NCBI GenBank assembly: GCA_964515545.1
Contig: CAZERI010000001.1
Span: forward strand, 333,553 to 397,552
DNA from: an uncultured Gammaproteobacteria bacterium
GTDB taxonomy: Bacteria; Patescibacteriota; Microgenomatia; Levybacterales; UBA12049
Length of the DNA stretch: 64,000 nt
Direction: 5' to 3'
In this document: positions 29,399-38,828 of the stretch, piece by piece
Layout of the letters: each line of letters begins with the position of its first letter
Numbering within the stretch: the stretch's first letter is position 1
Translations under genes and position numbers: made by a program
The notes under the pieces: model-generated
What the model was told of the DNA's origin: nothing
Seen by the model: the letters and a program-made list of their open reading frames with translations, nothing else
Database searches by the model: none

Positions 29399-29548
29399 TT
29401 AGAAATGGATAATTCCTAGTCCTGTAAGTCCAACTACGATAAGATAAAAAGCAATTAAGTAGTTCAAAAACTTAGGGAAAATAAGAATAAGAATTCCTAC
29501 AATGAGTGCTACTAACGGACTGAATCCTGTTGTCAGCGAAAATCCCAT
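29399..29548 (-). CDS. small two-TM membrane protein (DUF3096-like)
   Basis: 49-aa ORF below the ORF-track cutoff; AAAGGAGGAAGTG ATG provides a perfect SD. MGFSLTTGFSPLVALIVGILILIFPKFLNYLIAFYLIVVGLTGL resembles the DUF3096 pattern. Confidence 0.4.
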   Translation of the reverse strand: MGFSLTTGFSPLVALIVGILILIFPKFLNYLIAFYLIVVGLTGLGIIHF

Positions 29549-29671
29549 CACTTCCTCCTTTCATTAATTAGTATTAAACCCAGCAATAAGAAAGCATTAA
29601 TGAGGGAGTAAGAAATAGGTAAGATGAGATAAGATTTTTGATTTTAGAATACTGTTTAAAGAGTATAGAGC

Positions 29672-30028
29672 CTATTTAATTTTGAGGAGTTCGATGTCGA
29701 AAATGAGAGTGGCAAAGCCAGGAATATCCGGCTCAACTCCATATTTGCCGTATCCCAAGTGATGTGGGATGGTGAGACGGCGTTTACCGCCTTTTTTCAT
29801 CCCCAAAATTCCGGCATCCCAGCCTTTTATGACATATCCGCAGTCTATAGCTACTTCAAAAGGTTGTTCGCGGTCGACTGAACTGTCAAATTTTTTGCCT
29901 GGTTTACCATTCTCTTCCAGCCAGCCTGTATAGTGGACGATGATATGGTCACCGGATTTGACAGCTGGGCCTTCGCCCAGTTTTAAGTCTTCAATCGCTA
30001 AATCTTTTAAACTATCATCCATAAGCAA
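29672..30028 (-). CDS. FKBP-type peptidyl-prolyl cis-trans isomerase
   Basis: VHYTGWLE..G..FDSS..R..PF and IPHHLGYG FKBP motifs. Confidence 0.85.
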   Translation of the reverse strand: MLMDDSLKDLAIEDLKLGEGPAVKSGDHIIVHYTGWLEENGKPGKKFDSSVDREQPFEVAIDCGYVIKGWDAGILGMKKGGKRRLTIPHHLGYGKYGVEPDIPGFATLIFDIELLKIK

Positions 30029-30069
30029 AAAAAGTATATCAACTATAAAAAGATTTTGGGTAAGAAAAT

Positions 30070-30122
30070 CTCTTTAGCTCTTAGATCTTAGATCTTAGAT
30101 CTTAGCTCTTAGATCTTAGATC
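30070..30122. repeat. 7-bp tandem repeat (CTTAGAT/CTTAGCT, ~7 units)
   Basis: ctcttagatcttagatcttagatcttagctcttagatcttagatct sits in the FKBP 5' region. Confidence 0.9.
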
Positions 30123-30127
30123 TCTAT

Positions 30128-30757
30128 TCATTTAATAAGATAAATGTGAGTTTGCAAAAAATCCTGATCGTCACCAGCACGGTTTTGTACGTATTTTAGA
30201 GTGGCAGAAGGGGCGCTCTCCTTACAAAGTTTTAGTACTTCGTCTCTATCATAGAGGAATAATTCATCATCCTTTTCTTTCTCATATTCACGAGTCAAGA
30301 AATTGAAGGACAGACCAACTGTCGTAAGAGACCACATCTTATGAATAAATGCAGTCATGAGATAATAGTTATTTGTCTCCAAAATTGCAGCTAATGCACC
30401 GGAGCAGAAAATATAGTCGAAGGACTCTTTGAATTCATATTCTAGGAAGTCGGAAGTGATAAATTTGCCTTGAGGATATTTCATGTGGGCGTACTCAACT
30501 GACATGTGGTAAATATCGATTCCCAGGTATCTTTTAACACCTCTTTGGCGGAGAAAATTATAAAGATCTCCGGTACCGCAGCCTACATCAAGTACCGATG
30601 TATTTTTAAGAGGTTTATGAGTATAGTCTATGATATCGGTGAGAAGTTTAAAGTTGCCGTACTTGTCGTTATCACCCCAGCCATCGTCCTGGTTATGTCT
30701 GAGGAAATACCCATAAAACTGATCATTGATAGTTTTATCTTTATCGGAATATTTCAT
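30128..30757 (-). CDS. class I SAM-dependent methyltransferase
   Basis: Motif I VLDVGCGTGDL. Confidence 0.7.
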   Translation of the reverse strand: MKYSDKDKTINDQFYGYFLRHNQDDGWGDNDKYGNFKLLTDIIDYTHKPLKNTSVLDVGCGTGDLYNFLRQRGVKRYLGIDIYHMSVEYAHMKYPQGKFITSDFLEYEFKESFDYIFCSGALAAILETNNYYLMTAFIHKMWSLTTVGLSFNFLTREYEKEKDDELFLYDRDEVLKLCKESAPSATLKYVQNRAGDDQDFLQTHIYLIK

Positions 30758-30759
30758 AC

Positions 30760-31497
30760 ATGTATTATAATGCAGATATGCTGAGCTTGGGGGATTTACA
30801 TAGAGAGGTTGCTACATTAGGAAGCCTGGAACGGGCGAAAGGATTAGCGCGTTTCTTTAAAACAGGAAAGGGAGACTATGGTGAAGGTGATCTTTTCGCT
30901 GGCTTAACAGTCCCACAGTCCCGAATCTTGGCTCTAAAATATAAAGATTTATCACTCCTTGATATTGAAAAATTATTAAGATCTAAAATACATGAAGAAC
31001 GTTTGATCGCTCTTTTACTCTTAGTACGTAATTTTAAAAAGGGTAGTAAGGCAGAGAGAAGAGAGATTTATAGATTTTATTTGTCTCACACGATTTATAT
31101 TAATAACTGGGATTTGGTAGATCTATCCTCAGGATATATTATAGGTGGCTTCTTAAGAGATGATAGAAAGAATACAGAGAGAGTTCTTCGTAAGTTAGCT
31201 TTGTCTCATAATCTATGGGAGAGGCGGATAGCTATCATAGCTACGTTTGCATTTATCAAACACAGCGAATATGAGATGACTTTTCAGATCGCCGATATAT
31301 TACTTCATGACGATCATGATCTTATCCAAAAAGCTGTAGGCTGGATGCTAAGAGAGGTAGGAAAGAGATGTTCGGAAGAGGTTGAGGAGGAATTTTTAGC
31401 GTCCCGTTATAAAGTTATGCCCCGCACCATGCTGCGTTATGCTATCGAGCGATTTTCCAAAGAGAAGCGTAGAGCTTATCTTGCTGGTATGATCTAG
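30760..31497 (+). CDS. DNA alkylation repair protein (AlkD/AlkC-like HEAT-repeat glycosylase family)
   Basis: Length and the WxxRR motif HNLWERRIAI, with VGWMLREVGK, resemble the DNA-alkylation-repair HEAT-repeat family. Confidence 0.6.
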   Translation: MYYNADMLSLGDLHREVATLGSLERAKGLARFFKTGKGDYGEGDLFAGLTVPQSRILALKYKDLSLLDIEKLLRSKIHEERLIALLLLVRNFKKGSKAERREIYRFYLSHTIYINNWDLVDLSSGYIIGGFLRDDRKNTERVLRKLALSHNLWERRIAIIATFAFIKHSEYEMTFQIADILLHDDHDLIQKAVGWMLREVGKRCSEEVEEEFLASRYKVMPRTMLRYAIERFSKEKRRAYLAGMI

Positions 31498-31650
31498 TGC
31501 TTCTCATCTCGCCATTATTTTAATTATTAAAGGCGGAGAGGGCGAGATTTCCCTTGCAGGGACTGCCACTTCGCCAAGCAGGACTTGGCTTCGTGGCTTG
31601 CTTCTCATCTCGCCATTATTTTAATTATTAAAAAGCGGAGAGGGCGAGAT
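31498..31650. repeat. ~100-bp-period direct repeat carrying a truncated copy of the tRNA 3' end
   Basis: tgcttctcatctcgccattattttaattattaaa(g/a)gcggagagggcgagatt occurs twice (31498-31549 and ~31599-31651). Copy 1 continues with tcccttgcagg (a tRNA variable-arm fragment) but lacks the T-loop; copy 2 is the intact tRNA. Confidence 0.85.
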
Positions 31651-31720
31651 TCGAACTCGCGAACCCTTGCAGGTCGGAGGTTTAGTAAACCTCTGCACTC
31701 GGCCACTATGCGACCTCTCC
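31636..31720 (-). tRNA. class II tRNA (long variable arm), Ser-like, apparent anticodon ACU
   Basis: The minus strand folds by hand into a cloverleaf, GGAGAGG-TC-GCA-TAGTGGCCGAG-TGC-A-GAGGT-TTACTAA-ACCTC-[16-nt variable arm]-GCGAG-TTCGAAT-CTCGC-CCTCTCC-G. It has a GTTCGAATC T-loop, a G73 discriminator and no encoded CCA; the anticodon loop reads U-U-A-C-U-A-A. Confidence 0.7.
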
Positions 31721-31820
31721 AGAGCGTACTGCATTATCCCAAAGATGAAGGTATTTGTCTAGAATGATGAAATTACCCACTCCATTTGACTATTTCTTGA
31801 AATAGCTGTATTTTTACATC

Positions 31821-32093
31821 ATGAGGTCATCTGAAGATTTAAATTCAGACGAGAAAGAAGGGCGGGACACTCTGAAGGATAGAATAGTTACTCAAGGGGA
31901 GCGGTTACTAGGCGGACTTCCTCCGGTGGGAGACAGTAATAACTTATATAGTAATTTTGCACAAATAATTTTTGAGATAAAATATGATCTGCCTGAAGCT
32001 AAAGAAAAAATGAAGAATGTTCGTAAATTTGCTCATCTTTCCGTTACTTTAGGAAGAGGGAAAGCAGTAGAAATTTTTAGCAGGAAGAGATAA
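31821..32093 (+). CDS. hypothetical protein
   Basis: 90-aa ORF upstream of, and co-oriented with, the 281-aa ORF. Confidence 0.35.
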   Translation: MRSSEDLNSDEKEGRDTLKDRIVTQGERLLGGLPPVGDSNNLYSNFAQIIFEIKYDLPEAKEKMKNVRKFAHLSVTLGRGKAVEIFSRKR

Positions 32094-32106
32094 CTATATT
32101 CTGATT

Positions 32107-32952
32107 ATGGCAGAACCATTTTTTGAAGAGTCATCAAGTAATAGATCAGTTCATCCAGAGATTCTAGAAACTCCTTATGAATTCTTTAACACTCCCCAAA
32201 TTAGAGAAGAAATTTTTACTATTGGTAAGAAATTAGCTACTTATACCCATGATGAAGAAATTAAAAATATTGTTTTTGTCGATAGAGCTGCGAGGCCTGC
32301 ATATATAGCACTGAAGGAGTACTGGAAAGCTGCTTATCCTCAAGAGCAACGACCTCACATCTATTTTGTAAATCCGCGTGGGTTTAAATCGCTTGATGAT
32401 TTAATGAAGGAAGGACTAACAGGTTTTCCAAAAATAATCGAGGAATGGGCAAAAGATGAAATAGATAGAACAGAATCTGAAGATCCTCGTGTTATTGCTA
32501 CAGATCCTGAGGAAGTGCGAGAGGATTTTGAAAGGACGTATAGGCATCTCATGGCAAGTAAAGATCAGCCGACTCTTATTTTTGATACTTGTATTCACGA
32601 TGGAGGTTCGTCTTTGCCTATCCGTAGGACGTTTAGAGATTCAGGATTCACTGATCTTAAATTTGGAGTAGTGGCTGATGAACTTAATTATTCCGGTGTT
32701 CTACCAGACTTTACTATGTTACCGCATGAATCAGAATTTAAGTGTTATCCTTTTCATAGAGATTCACTTATTCAGAAAACCTTTAGCAGTACTGCTTCAA
32801 TACGTCGAACTGACGATCAAGATGTAGCCAGAGGGTTACGTCTTCGGGGAGAATTAAATCGAGTGATGCATGAGCAAATTTTAGAGCATGGCGTTACGGC
32901 CCAGATGCCTATCCAAAATGTCGATTATAGAGAAGAGATAAGCTTTGATTAG
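32107..32952 (+). CDS. hypothetical protein
   Basis: Intact 281-aa ORF; no motif recognised. Confidence 0.45.
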   Translation: MAEPFFEESSSNRSVHPEILETPYEFFNTPQIREEIFTIGKKLATYTHDEEIKNIVFVDRAARPAYIALKEYWKAAYPQEQRPHIYFVNPRGFKSLDDLMKEGLTGFPKIIEEWAKDEIDRTESEDPRVIATDPEEVREDFERTYRHLMASKDQPTLIFDTCIHDGGSSLPIRRTFRDSGFTDLKFGVVADELNYSGVLPDFTMLPHESEFKCYPFHRDSLIQKTFSSTASIRRTDDQDVARGLRLRGELNRVMHEQILEHGVTAQMPIQNVDYREEISFD

Positions 32953-32974
32953 ACACTTACTGCTAGAAAGAGAA

Positions 32975-33508
32975 TTACTTTTTTCTATTTTTAGCGACTT
33001 CGTAGAGATAAATAGTCCCCTCATGCTTGCTTGCTTTCCAGGTGGGAAGCTGAAAAAAGTCAGCAGCTAGCCGAGCAGTAGGCTTGGCCTCATCAACTAG
33101 CTTCTTTTCGACATTTTTCATACCGAATTGGGTGAGGTAGGTTGTGAAGATGTCAAACTCAGAAAAATCGGCTTTAATAAAATTTCTCAGATGGACATGG
33201 GCTTTTCCATGCATTCCGGAGCGGAAAATGTTCCATTTAGCCCACATGACTAATAAAGGATTAATTTCAAATCCATGAGCTTCTGCTCCAGCGCGGGCTA
33301 GTGCGATCACAATTCGGCCATCGCCAGCGCCTATATCTACAGCTTTTTCTCCTGGTTTAACTCGAAGCAGCTTGAGCATGATAGGAAGATGTTCCTTATG
33401 AATTGGAGCATAAGGAGCTCCTTTAAGCATGCTGTAGAAAAGAAGATAGATGATATAGAGGAGTGCACCAAGGAAAAGAACTTGGAGGAAAAACAGGATC
33501 ATATTCAA
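32975..33508 (-). CDS. membrane-anchored class I SAM-dependent methyltransferase
   Basis: N-terminal TM helix, then motif I VDIGAGDGRIV and a post-I acidic FEINP. Confidence 0.55.
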   Translation of the reverse strand: MNMILFFLQVLFLGALLYIIYLLFYSMLKGAPYAPIHKEHLPIMLKLLRVKPGEKAVDIGAGDGRIVIALARAGAEAHGFEINPLLVMWAKWNIFRSGMHGKAHVHLRNFIKADFSEFDIFTTYLTQFGMKNVEKKLVDEAKPTARLAADFFQLPTWKASKHEGTIYLYEVAKNRKK

Positions 33509-33628
33509 AGTTTAGCTTGGTGTTATAAGTATTTCAAGCCTAGTTCTTACTGTTTCTCAATCTTCTTCTTACAGCTCAGGTGTGTAATGATTGTATGATA
33601 GTTCGGGAGATAAGAGGGGGTGAACAGT

Positions 33629-33805
33629 ATGCCTAAATATGGACCAAAGGCACAGGAAAAAGTACACAAAGCCTTGCATGAAATGAAAGAAGGCAAGCTT
33701 AAAAGCGGTAAGAGCGGTAAGGCAGTGCATAATCGTAAACAAGCAATAGCCATCGGACTCTCCGAAGCACGGGAAGAGGGAGGAAAAGTTCCTAAAAAAA
33801 GCTAA
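33629..33805 (+). CDS. small basic hydrophilic protein (stress-protein-like)
   Basis: MPKYGPKAQEKVHKALHEMKEGKLKSGKSGKAVHNRKQAIAIGLSEAR; start set at the second Met of the ORF-track ORF. Confidence 0.35.
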   Translation: MPKYGPKAQEKVHKALHEMKEGKLKSGKSGKAVHNRKQAIAIGLSEAREEGGKVPKKS

Positions 33806-33848
33806 ATCACTTATTGCATCAAGTAAGTAGGTAGAGTAAGCTAAAGGC

Positions 33849-34145
33849 ATGATTTATCGAAAGGCACAATTCAAAGTGCGGTCAGATAAGATAGAGGAGG
33901 CAGAGGGAATTATTGCGTCATTTATCACACAAGTGCATACTAATGAACCTGATACCAAAATATATGATGCTTTTTTGGAGGAAGATGGGTCTACATTTAT
34001 GCATTTGATGGCATTCTCTGGAGCAGAGGCTGAGGAGCGTCACCGCAATACTCCTTATGTGCAGGAGTTCGTGGCTAAGTTATACCCGCTTTGCGAAGAG
34101 CAGCCTGTATTCACCCGTTTATCTCCTATTGGCCAAGCTAAATAG
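33849..34145 (+). CDS. ABM-like (dimeric alpha+beta barrel) protein
   Basis: 98 aa with FKVRSD..EEAE..FIT...E..T..Y......DGSTFMHLMAF pattern. Confidence 0.4.
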   Translation: MIYRKAQFKVRSDKIEEAEGIIASFITQVHTNEPDTKIYDAFLEEDGSTFMHLMAFSGAEAEERHRNTPYVQEFVAKLYPLCEEQPVFTRLSPIGQAK

Positions 34146-34193
34146 TATAGATTTGCTTGCAAAACCCTCATTATGGTCATATAATCCCGACGT

Positions 34194-34946
34194 ATGGAAT
34201 GTCTTATGCCTATCCCAGAAGAAGAAAAAAGGAAGCTCTTTGCTGCTCTTATACAGCGTGAGTTAGTGGATTACGGGATTGCTCTTGAACCAGCTGTACG
34301 AAATAGCTTATTAAAAGTAGATAGGCGTAATTTCATCCCCCATGAGTATCAAGAGCAGATCTATGAGAATACTGTTATTCCCATCCGCGATAATGAATCC
34401 AGCATTAGTCAGCCAAGTCTTGTCGCTCATATGCTTCAGCTAGCTGAATTTAGTGGCGCTGAGAAATCGCTTGAGGTTGGTACTGCATCAGGAGTGAATG
34501 CAGCCTATATGTCTCATCTTGCTCACGAGGTCCATACCATCGAACAGGATGGTGTATTAGCAAAACAAGCCAGGATAAATCTGCTGCGGGAAGGCAGGAC
34601 TAATGTCGCTGTCCATCATGGAGATGGACTCACTGGGGTTCCCCAAGCTGCACCTTTTGATAGGATTATCGTTACTGCTGGGGCTAGAGATCTTCCTTCA
34701 GTACTATTCAGACAGCTGGCTCCTGGAGGGAGAATGGTCATTCCGATAGGTAAATATCCCTACGCTCAGCGACTTTATACGATCCTCAACTCGCCAAGCG
34801 GACCCCGCGCAGAAGATCATGGACAAGTGAGTTTTGTTCCTCTTATTAGTGATAATCAAGGAGGATGGCCTATCGAGCTGATGAATCAATTAAAATCGCT
34901 TCAAGAGGAGAAGATGCAGAATGCTTATTCGGAAGAAAGAGTATAA
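34194..34946 (+). CDS. pcm: protein-L-isoaspartate O-methyltransferase
   Basis: TISQPSLVAHMLQL, VLEVGTASGVNAA and ALAPGGRMVIPIG motifs. Confidence 0.85.
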   Translation: MECLMPIPEEEKRKLFAALIQRELVDYGIALEPAVRNSLLKVDRRNFIPHEYQEQIYENTVIPIRDNESSISQPSLVAHMLQLAEFSGAEKSLEVGTASGVNAAYMSHLAHEVHTIEQDGVLAKQARINLLREGRTNVAVHHGDGLTGVPQAAPFDRIIVTAGARDLPSVLFRQLAPGGRMVIPIGKYPYAQRLYTILNSPSGPRAEDHGQVSFVPLISDNQGGWPIELMNQLKSLQEEKMQNAYSEERV

Positions 34947-34954
34947 TGTGAAAT

Positions 34955-35344
34955 ATGCTAAAGCATACTAACGATGAGTGGAAGAAAAAACTTACCCCTG
35001 AGCAGTATCATGTACTTCGCGAGAAAGGTACTGAGGCACCCTTTACTGGAAAATTTGTAAATAATTTTGAGACTGGTATGTATCACTGTGCAGCCTGTGG
35101 ACAGCCACTTTTTTCTAGTGAGACAAAATATGAATCAGATTGTGGATGGCCGGCTTTTGATAAGTCACTTGAAGGAAATGTAGAATTTCATGAAGACAAT
35201 AGCTTTGGGATGCATAGAATAGAAGTCACCTGTAGTAACTGTGGCTCTCATCTAGGCCATGTCTTTGATGATGGACCAAAACAAACAACAGGAAAAAGAT
35301 TTTGTATTAATTCTGCTGCACTCAATTTCACTGCAAAGAAATAG
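34955..35344 (+). CDS. msrB: peptide-methionine (R)-S-oxide reductase MsrB
   Basis: CxxC...CxxC zinc site (CAACGQP ... [16 protein letters not shown]) and the catalytic-Cys context RFCINS. Confidence 0.9.
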   Translation: MLKHTNDEWKKKLTPEQYHVLREKGTEAPFTGKFVNNFETGMYHCAACGQPLFSSETKYESDCGWPAFDKSLEGNVEFHEDNSFGMHRIEVTCSNCGSHLGHVFDDGPKQTTGKRFCINSAALNFTAKK

Positions 35345-35924
35345 GGAGAGCCCGTACAACAAAGCGTTTGAGGTCTCCAAAACCATATGAAGTATAGAGA
35401 GTCAGTGCTTCCTCTGTAGTGTTATTGATCAAGTCTGAGTCCGTAGGAGAGACCACCTTTAGCTCAGTTACTTCGTATTCATGGATAAGGCCGTCTTTAG
35501 TATCTATGATAATGACGTCGCCTTTTTTTAAAGAACTGAGTCGTCCAAAGCCTGCAGAAGTATTTTTAGCATAGATAACAGTATTACCTCTTTCGCCAGG
35601 AACAGGAGATGTAGATAGGTGAGAGGCGCTCTCATCATTGGCTCTCCAAAAGCCATGGGACATCGTAGATTCGTCTATCGGGAGAGCTATTTCGAGGAGA
35701 GGAATATTGATAAATGTGGGAACAGAATAAGTGCTTGACTGAGAGCGGATAGTAGATCTGTCGTAGGAGAAAAAAGCGTAGGTAGTGGATTCGTAGGTTT
35801 TACTAAGAAGGAAAAGCATGACTACAAAAGTGATAGTCATAATTACTTTTTGACGGCGTGAAAGATGCCGTAAAAATGCAACCCAGCTTCCTACTTTTGA
35901 TGAGGTAGTATGAATAGAGGACAT
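35328..35924 (-). CDS. sortase-like protein with Ser in place of the catalytic Cys (TLYTSY instead of TLxTC)
   Basis: N-terminal TM anchor, central His, ALTLYTSYG where sortases have TLITC, and a downstream RFVVRA Arg; topology and length match sortases. Confidence 0.35.
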   Translation of the reverse strand: MSSIHTTSSKVGSWVAFLRHLSRRQKVIMTITFVVMLFLLSKTYESTTYAFFSYDRSTIRSQSSTYSVPTFINIPLLEIALPIDESTMSHGFWRANDESASHLSTSPVPGERGNTVIYAKNTSAGFGRLSSLKKGDVIIIDTKDGLIHEYEVTELKVVSPTDSDLINNTTEEALTLYTSYGFGDLKRFVVRALPISLQ

Positions 35925-36329
35925 ATTAGGCCTGTAGTATACAGTATCGAGGGTAAAAAGTCAATTAGTCACACCAGCGTACTAAGACAAATAGTGCTCT
36001 ACTTGTCTTAGTACAAATTGAAAGCTACTCAACTTCTATTTCCGTTATTTCCTCTACTAATTCCGGTTCATTTGAGAAGTCACTGCTATTTTGGTCGTAT
36101 TGTGACTTTCCGCCTTTTTCACCCTGTTCGTTCATATCTTTATTAGAGTGAGTATGCTCTTTTTCCGTTGGTATGTCTTTTTGTTTTTTGCTGTCCATAC
36201 ACTATATTCGCGATCTATGAGATCGGACACCTGGTCACCTCCTTTCTTGGATATTTACTTTAGAGCTATGCGATAAGATTGGGATAAAAGAGGAGTAAGG
36301 ATGATGTAAAAAAAAGAGGAGTGGGAACT

Positions 36330-37388
36330 TTAGGGATATTGACGAAGCAAAGTAAGAACAGCAAATTCGCTGGGCTTGAGACCATCCTTACTAACTCGAG
36401 TTTTGTACTCTTTCATATGAGGGATAAGAATATCTTTAGCATAAGTCTTAAAAACAGTTGGATGGATGTAGTAGCTACGACAGACGGTAGCAGTATTACC
36501 AAGGCGCTTAGAAACAATTTTGCAGGTTTCAGATAGGTTTTTTTTAAGACTTGTCTTATCCTCAGCTGAGCCTAACTGGACTAATGTCTGGGCAGAGATC
36601 ATCGTTCCTCCCCATGTACGAAAATCTTTAGCAGTGATCTGCTCTCCTGTAATCTCCTGGAGATATTCATTTACTTCCTGGGAGTCGACTGTATGGCGGT
36701 TGCGTTCTTCATCTAAGTACTGGAAGACTTCATAACCTGGAAGTTCTATACACTTTCTAATAGTCTTAACGACAGTCGGATTGGTAATTTCTTTTTCATG
36801 TTCAATACCTGATTTACCTTTAAAAGTAAAACGGACATGATCACCTTCTACATCCACATGCTTATTGCGAAGCGTAGTGAGGCCGAAGGACTGATTTTCT
36901 TTAGCATACTCTTCATTACCTATTCTGATGAATGTATGTTCCAAGAGCCAGATTACGGTAGCGATTACTCGCCTTTGATTGAGTCCTCTGGTTACCATAT
37001 CCCGCTCAATTTGCTCTCTGATAGCGGGAAGTTGCCTGCCAAAGGTCTCAACTTTATCAAATTTATGCTCCTGGCAGATCTTAGTCCATTTAGGGTGGTA
37101 GATATATTGCTTACGACCTTTTTGATCTATGCCTGTAGCCTGAAGATGTGTATTCCCTCGGGGTGAAATCCAGACATTCGTCCAAGCAGGGGGAATTTTT
37201 AGAGTATCTATCCGTTCTAAAGTATTTTTCTCTCTGATAGCTTTTCCATGGGTATCCCGATAGCAGAAGCTAGACTTGGGGCCTTCACGTGCAATACCGG
37301 ATGTGTTGTCAGTAATATAGCGAAGATCCAAGTCTTCTGCCTTTTCGATTATCTCGTCAGGGACATGAGTAAGGGGCTGATTTTGCAT
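36330..37388 (-). CDS. type IB DNA topoisomerase (eukaryotic/poxvirus-like TopIB)
   Basis: IPPAW, FTFKGKSG, AKDFRTWGGT, NTATVCRSYYIHP and active-site Tyr context; 352 aa, like minimal bacterial TopIB. Confidence 0.8.
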   Translation of the reverse strand: MQNQPLTHVPDEIIEKAEDLDLRYITDNTSGIAREGPKSSFCYRDTHGKAIREKNTLERIDTLKIPPAWTNVWISPRGNTHLQATGIDQKGRKQYIYHPKWTKICQEHKFDKVETFGRQLPAIREQIERDMVTRGLNQRRVIATVIWLLEHTFIRIGNEEYAKENQSFGLTTLRNKHVDVEGDHVRFTFKGKSGIEHEKEITNPTVVKTIRKCIELPGYEVFQYLDEERNRHTVDSQEVNEYLQEITGEQITAKDFRTWGGTMISAQTLVQLGSAEDKTSLKKNLSETCKIVSKRLGNTATVCRSYYIHPTVFKTYAKDILIPHMKEYKTRVSKDGLKPSEFAVLTLLRQYP

Positions 37389-37744
37389 AGCTCTTATTAT
37401 TGTAGCAGAGCTTAGAAGAGAGAGGAGAAAGGTCTTTATGTTCTATTTGAGGAAGAGGTAGAGAAAAGGAATGTAAAAAAATTATTTTTATCATGATCCT
37501 TGGCATCTTCTTCTGTCCTGTCCAGCTGGATCTCTACTGAGGGAGTAGTCTGATTAATTAAGTCTTTAAAAAACTTAACTGTATAGGTATTGTTTTTCAT
37601 ATAATATACTTTATAGTTTGGGCGTAAAAATAATGTAAGAAGCCACGGATGGTGATGTAAGAAATTAAAAATGATTAGTGATTTTAGAAGAAAAATTAAT
37701 GAATCGAAGACTACTACTTTCGGGAAAGTTGCGAGAGCGACGGG

Positions 37745-37778
37745 GAAGAGGGAAATCCTCTCCCCGTCGCAGACGCGC
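37745..37778. repeat. GC-rich perfect hairpin (14-bp stem) at the edge of the GC-rich island
   Basis: gcgacggggaagagg-gaaat-cctctccccgtcgc, immediately 3' of the minus-strand 246-aa ORF. Confidence 0.7.
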
Positions 37779-37788
37779 AGTTGAAGTT

Positions 37789-38529
37789 CTAGTCGACCGA
37801 GTAGGGGGGCCGGATGGGATCCGACCAGTAGTCGATTACTCCAGCCTCTTCATCGAGGTCGGCGAGGAGTCGAGCGAACCCAGCGATCGTGAACGAATCC
37901 GCGAGCCGGGCGATGCTTTGGATCGTGCCGCGGATGAAGAGGACTTTGTAGATCCCCTCGTTCCGTTGCTCATCGGTGAGGTCGGTGGTATCGAAGGACA
38001 GAGTGCCGTCGTCGTTCTGGATGAGCGCCTCGAAAGGCACTTCCACCCGGAAGAGGTCGACACCGCCCCCATGGCGAGAATCGTTCATCGCCGAATCCAC
38101 ATTCAGGGTTTCCCCCTTCAGCTGGATTGGCGTCATGAGATCGTTGCGACCGGATTCCTCCAGCGCCTCGCGGAGCGCTGCGCTGAGGTTACCTTCGCCC
38201 GGCCGGTTGTAGCCTCGCATCGCGTTGAAGATATGCTTGTCGGAGATATTGCGGCGCATCTGCATGACGCCGCCGATCCACAACTGGCCCGTTTCATCTA
38301 TGGTGTAAAGAAGTGAAACAGCTCCTCCGCCACCCACGCGGGTGACGGTGGAAAAATTTCCATCGGGACTTTTGGCCAAGTTGAAGGCCATGTCCCGCTT
38401 CCGGTTGACGAAGCGAGCGCGGACTACGGAGGGAAGGGGGATTAGCCCCTTGCCAAAGTCTGCGAACACCTCCCATTCGTGGTTGGTATCAGTATCGATC
38501 GGTTGACCTGTGACCCTGGTATTAAACAC
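37789..38529 (-). CDS. GC-rich hypothetical protein (GTG start), probably horizontally acquired
   Basis: 246-aa ORF with AAGGAGG 8 nt upstream of the GTG. GC content is visibly higher than the genome background, and ORFs overlap on both strands. It is preferred over the antisense 212-aa ORF because of the SD and the upstream consensus promoter. Confidence 0.45.
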   Translation of the reverse strand: MFNTRVTGQPIDTDTNHEWEVFADFGKGLIPLPSVVRARFVNRKRDMAFNLAKSPDGNFSTVTRVGGGGAVSLLYTIDETGQLWIGGVMQMRRNISDKHIFNAMRGYNRPGEGNLSAALREALEESGRNDLMTPIQLKGETLNVDSAMNDSRHGGGVDLFRVEVPFEALIQNDDGTLSFDTTDLTDEQRNEGIYKVLFIRGTIQSIARLADSFTIAGFARLLADLDEEAGVIDYWSDPIRPPYSVD

Positions 38530-38703
38530 CGACTTGTCCTCCTTGGGACTAGAATGCGGACAGATCGTCCAGAGTAGAGAGTAGACTTGCTACTAAGCAT
38601 CCGCTCTGGACAATCCATCCTAATTAACTGCGCGTTTTAAAGTGCACTTTCACCTCCATAGCCTCGCCAAAAAGTGAGGCTAGCTTGGGAAAAGTTGAGG
38701 CTA

Positions 38704-38732
38704 ATTATATCCTATAATAGTCAAAATGTCAA
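38704..38732 (-). promoter_or_regulatory. consensus sigma70 promoter TTGACA-N17-TATAAT on the minus strand
   Basis: The minus strand reads cTTGACAttttgactattataggaTATAATtagcctc, flanked by GAGGCTA/TAGCCTC motif copies, and drives the 246-aa GC-rich ORF. Confidence 0.55.
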
Positions 38733-38828
38733 GTTAAAATGAGGCTAGAGTGGGGGTATTTGAAGCTAAAATATGGGACGGACGCCCGCCTGGCTCAGCC
38801 AGGCAGAGCGTCCAGTCGCACAGTTGAA

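Noticed and set aside
31585-31767. 60-aa ORF on the plus strand
   Set aside because: It lies entirely over the minus-strand tRNA and the direct repeat, so it is spurious.
37678-38316. 212-aa plus-strand ORF in the GC-rich island
   Set aside because: It is the antisense frame of the longer minus-strand ORF, which has a strong SD and a consensus promoter. Its Arg/Gly/Pro-rich, low-complexity translation is typical of GC-rich antisense artefacts.
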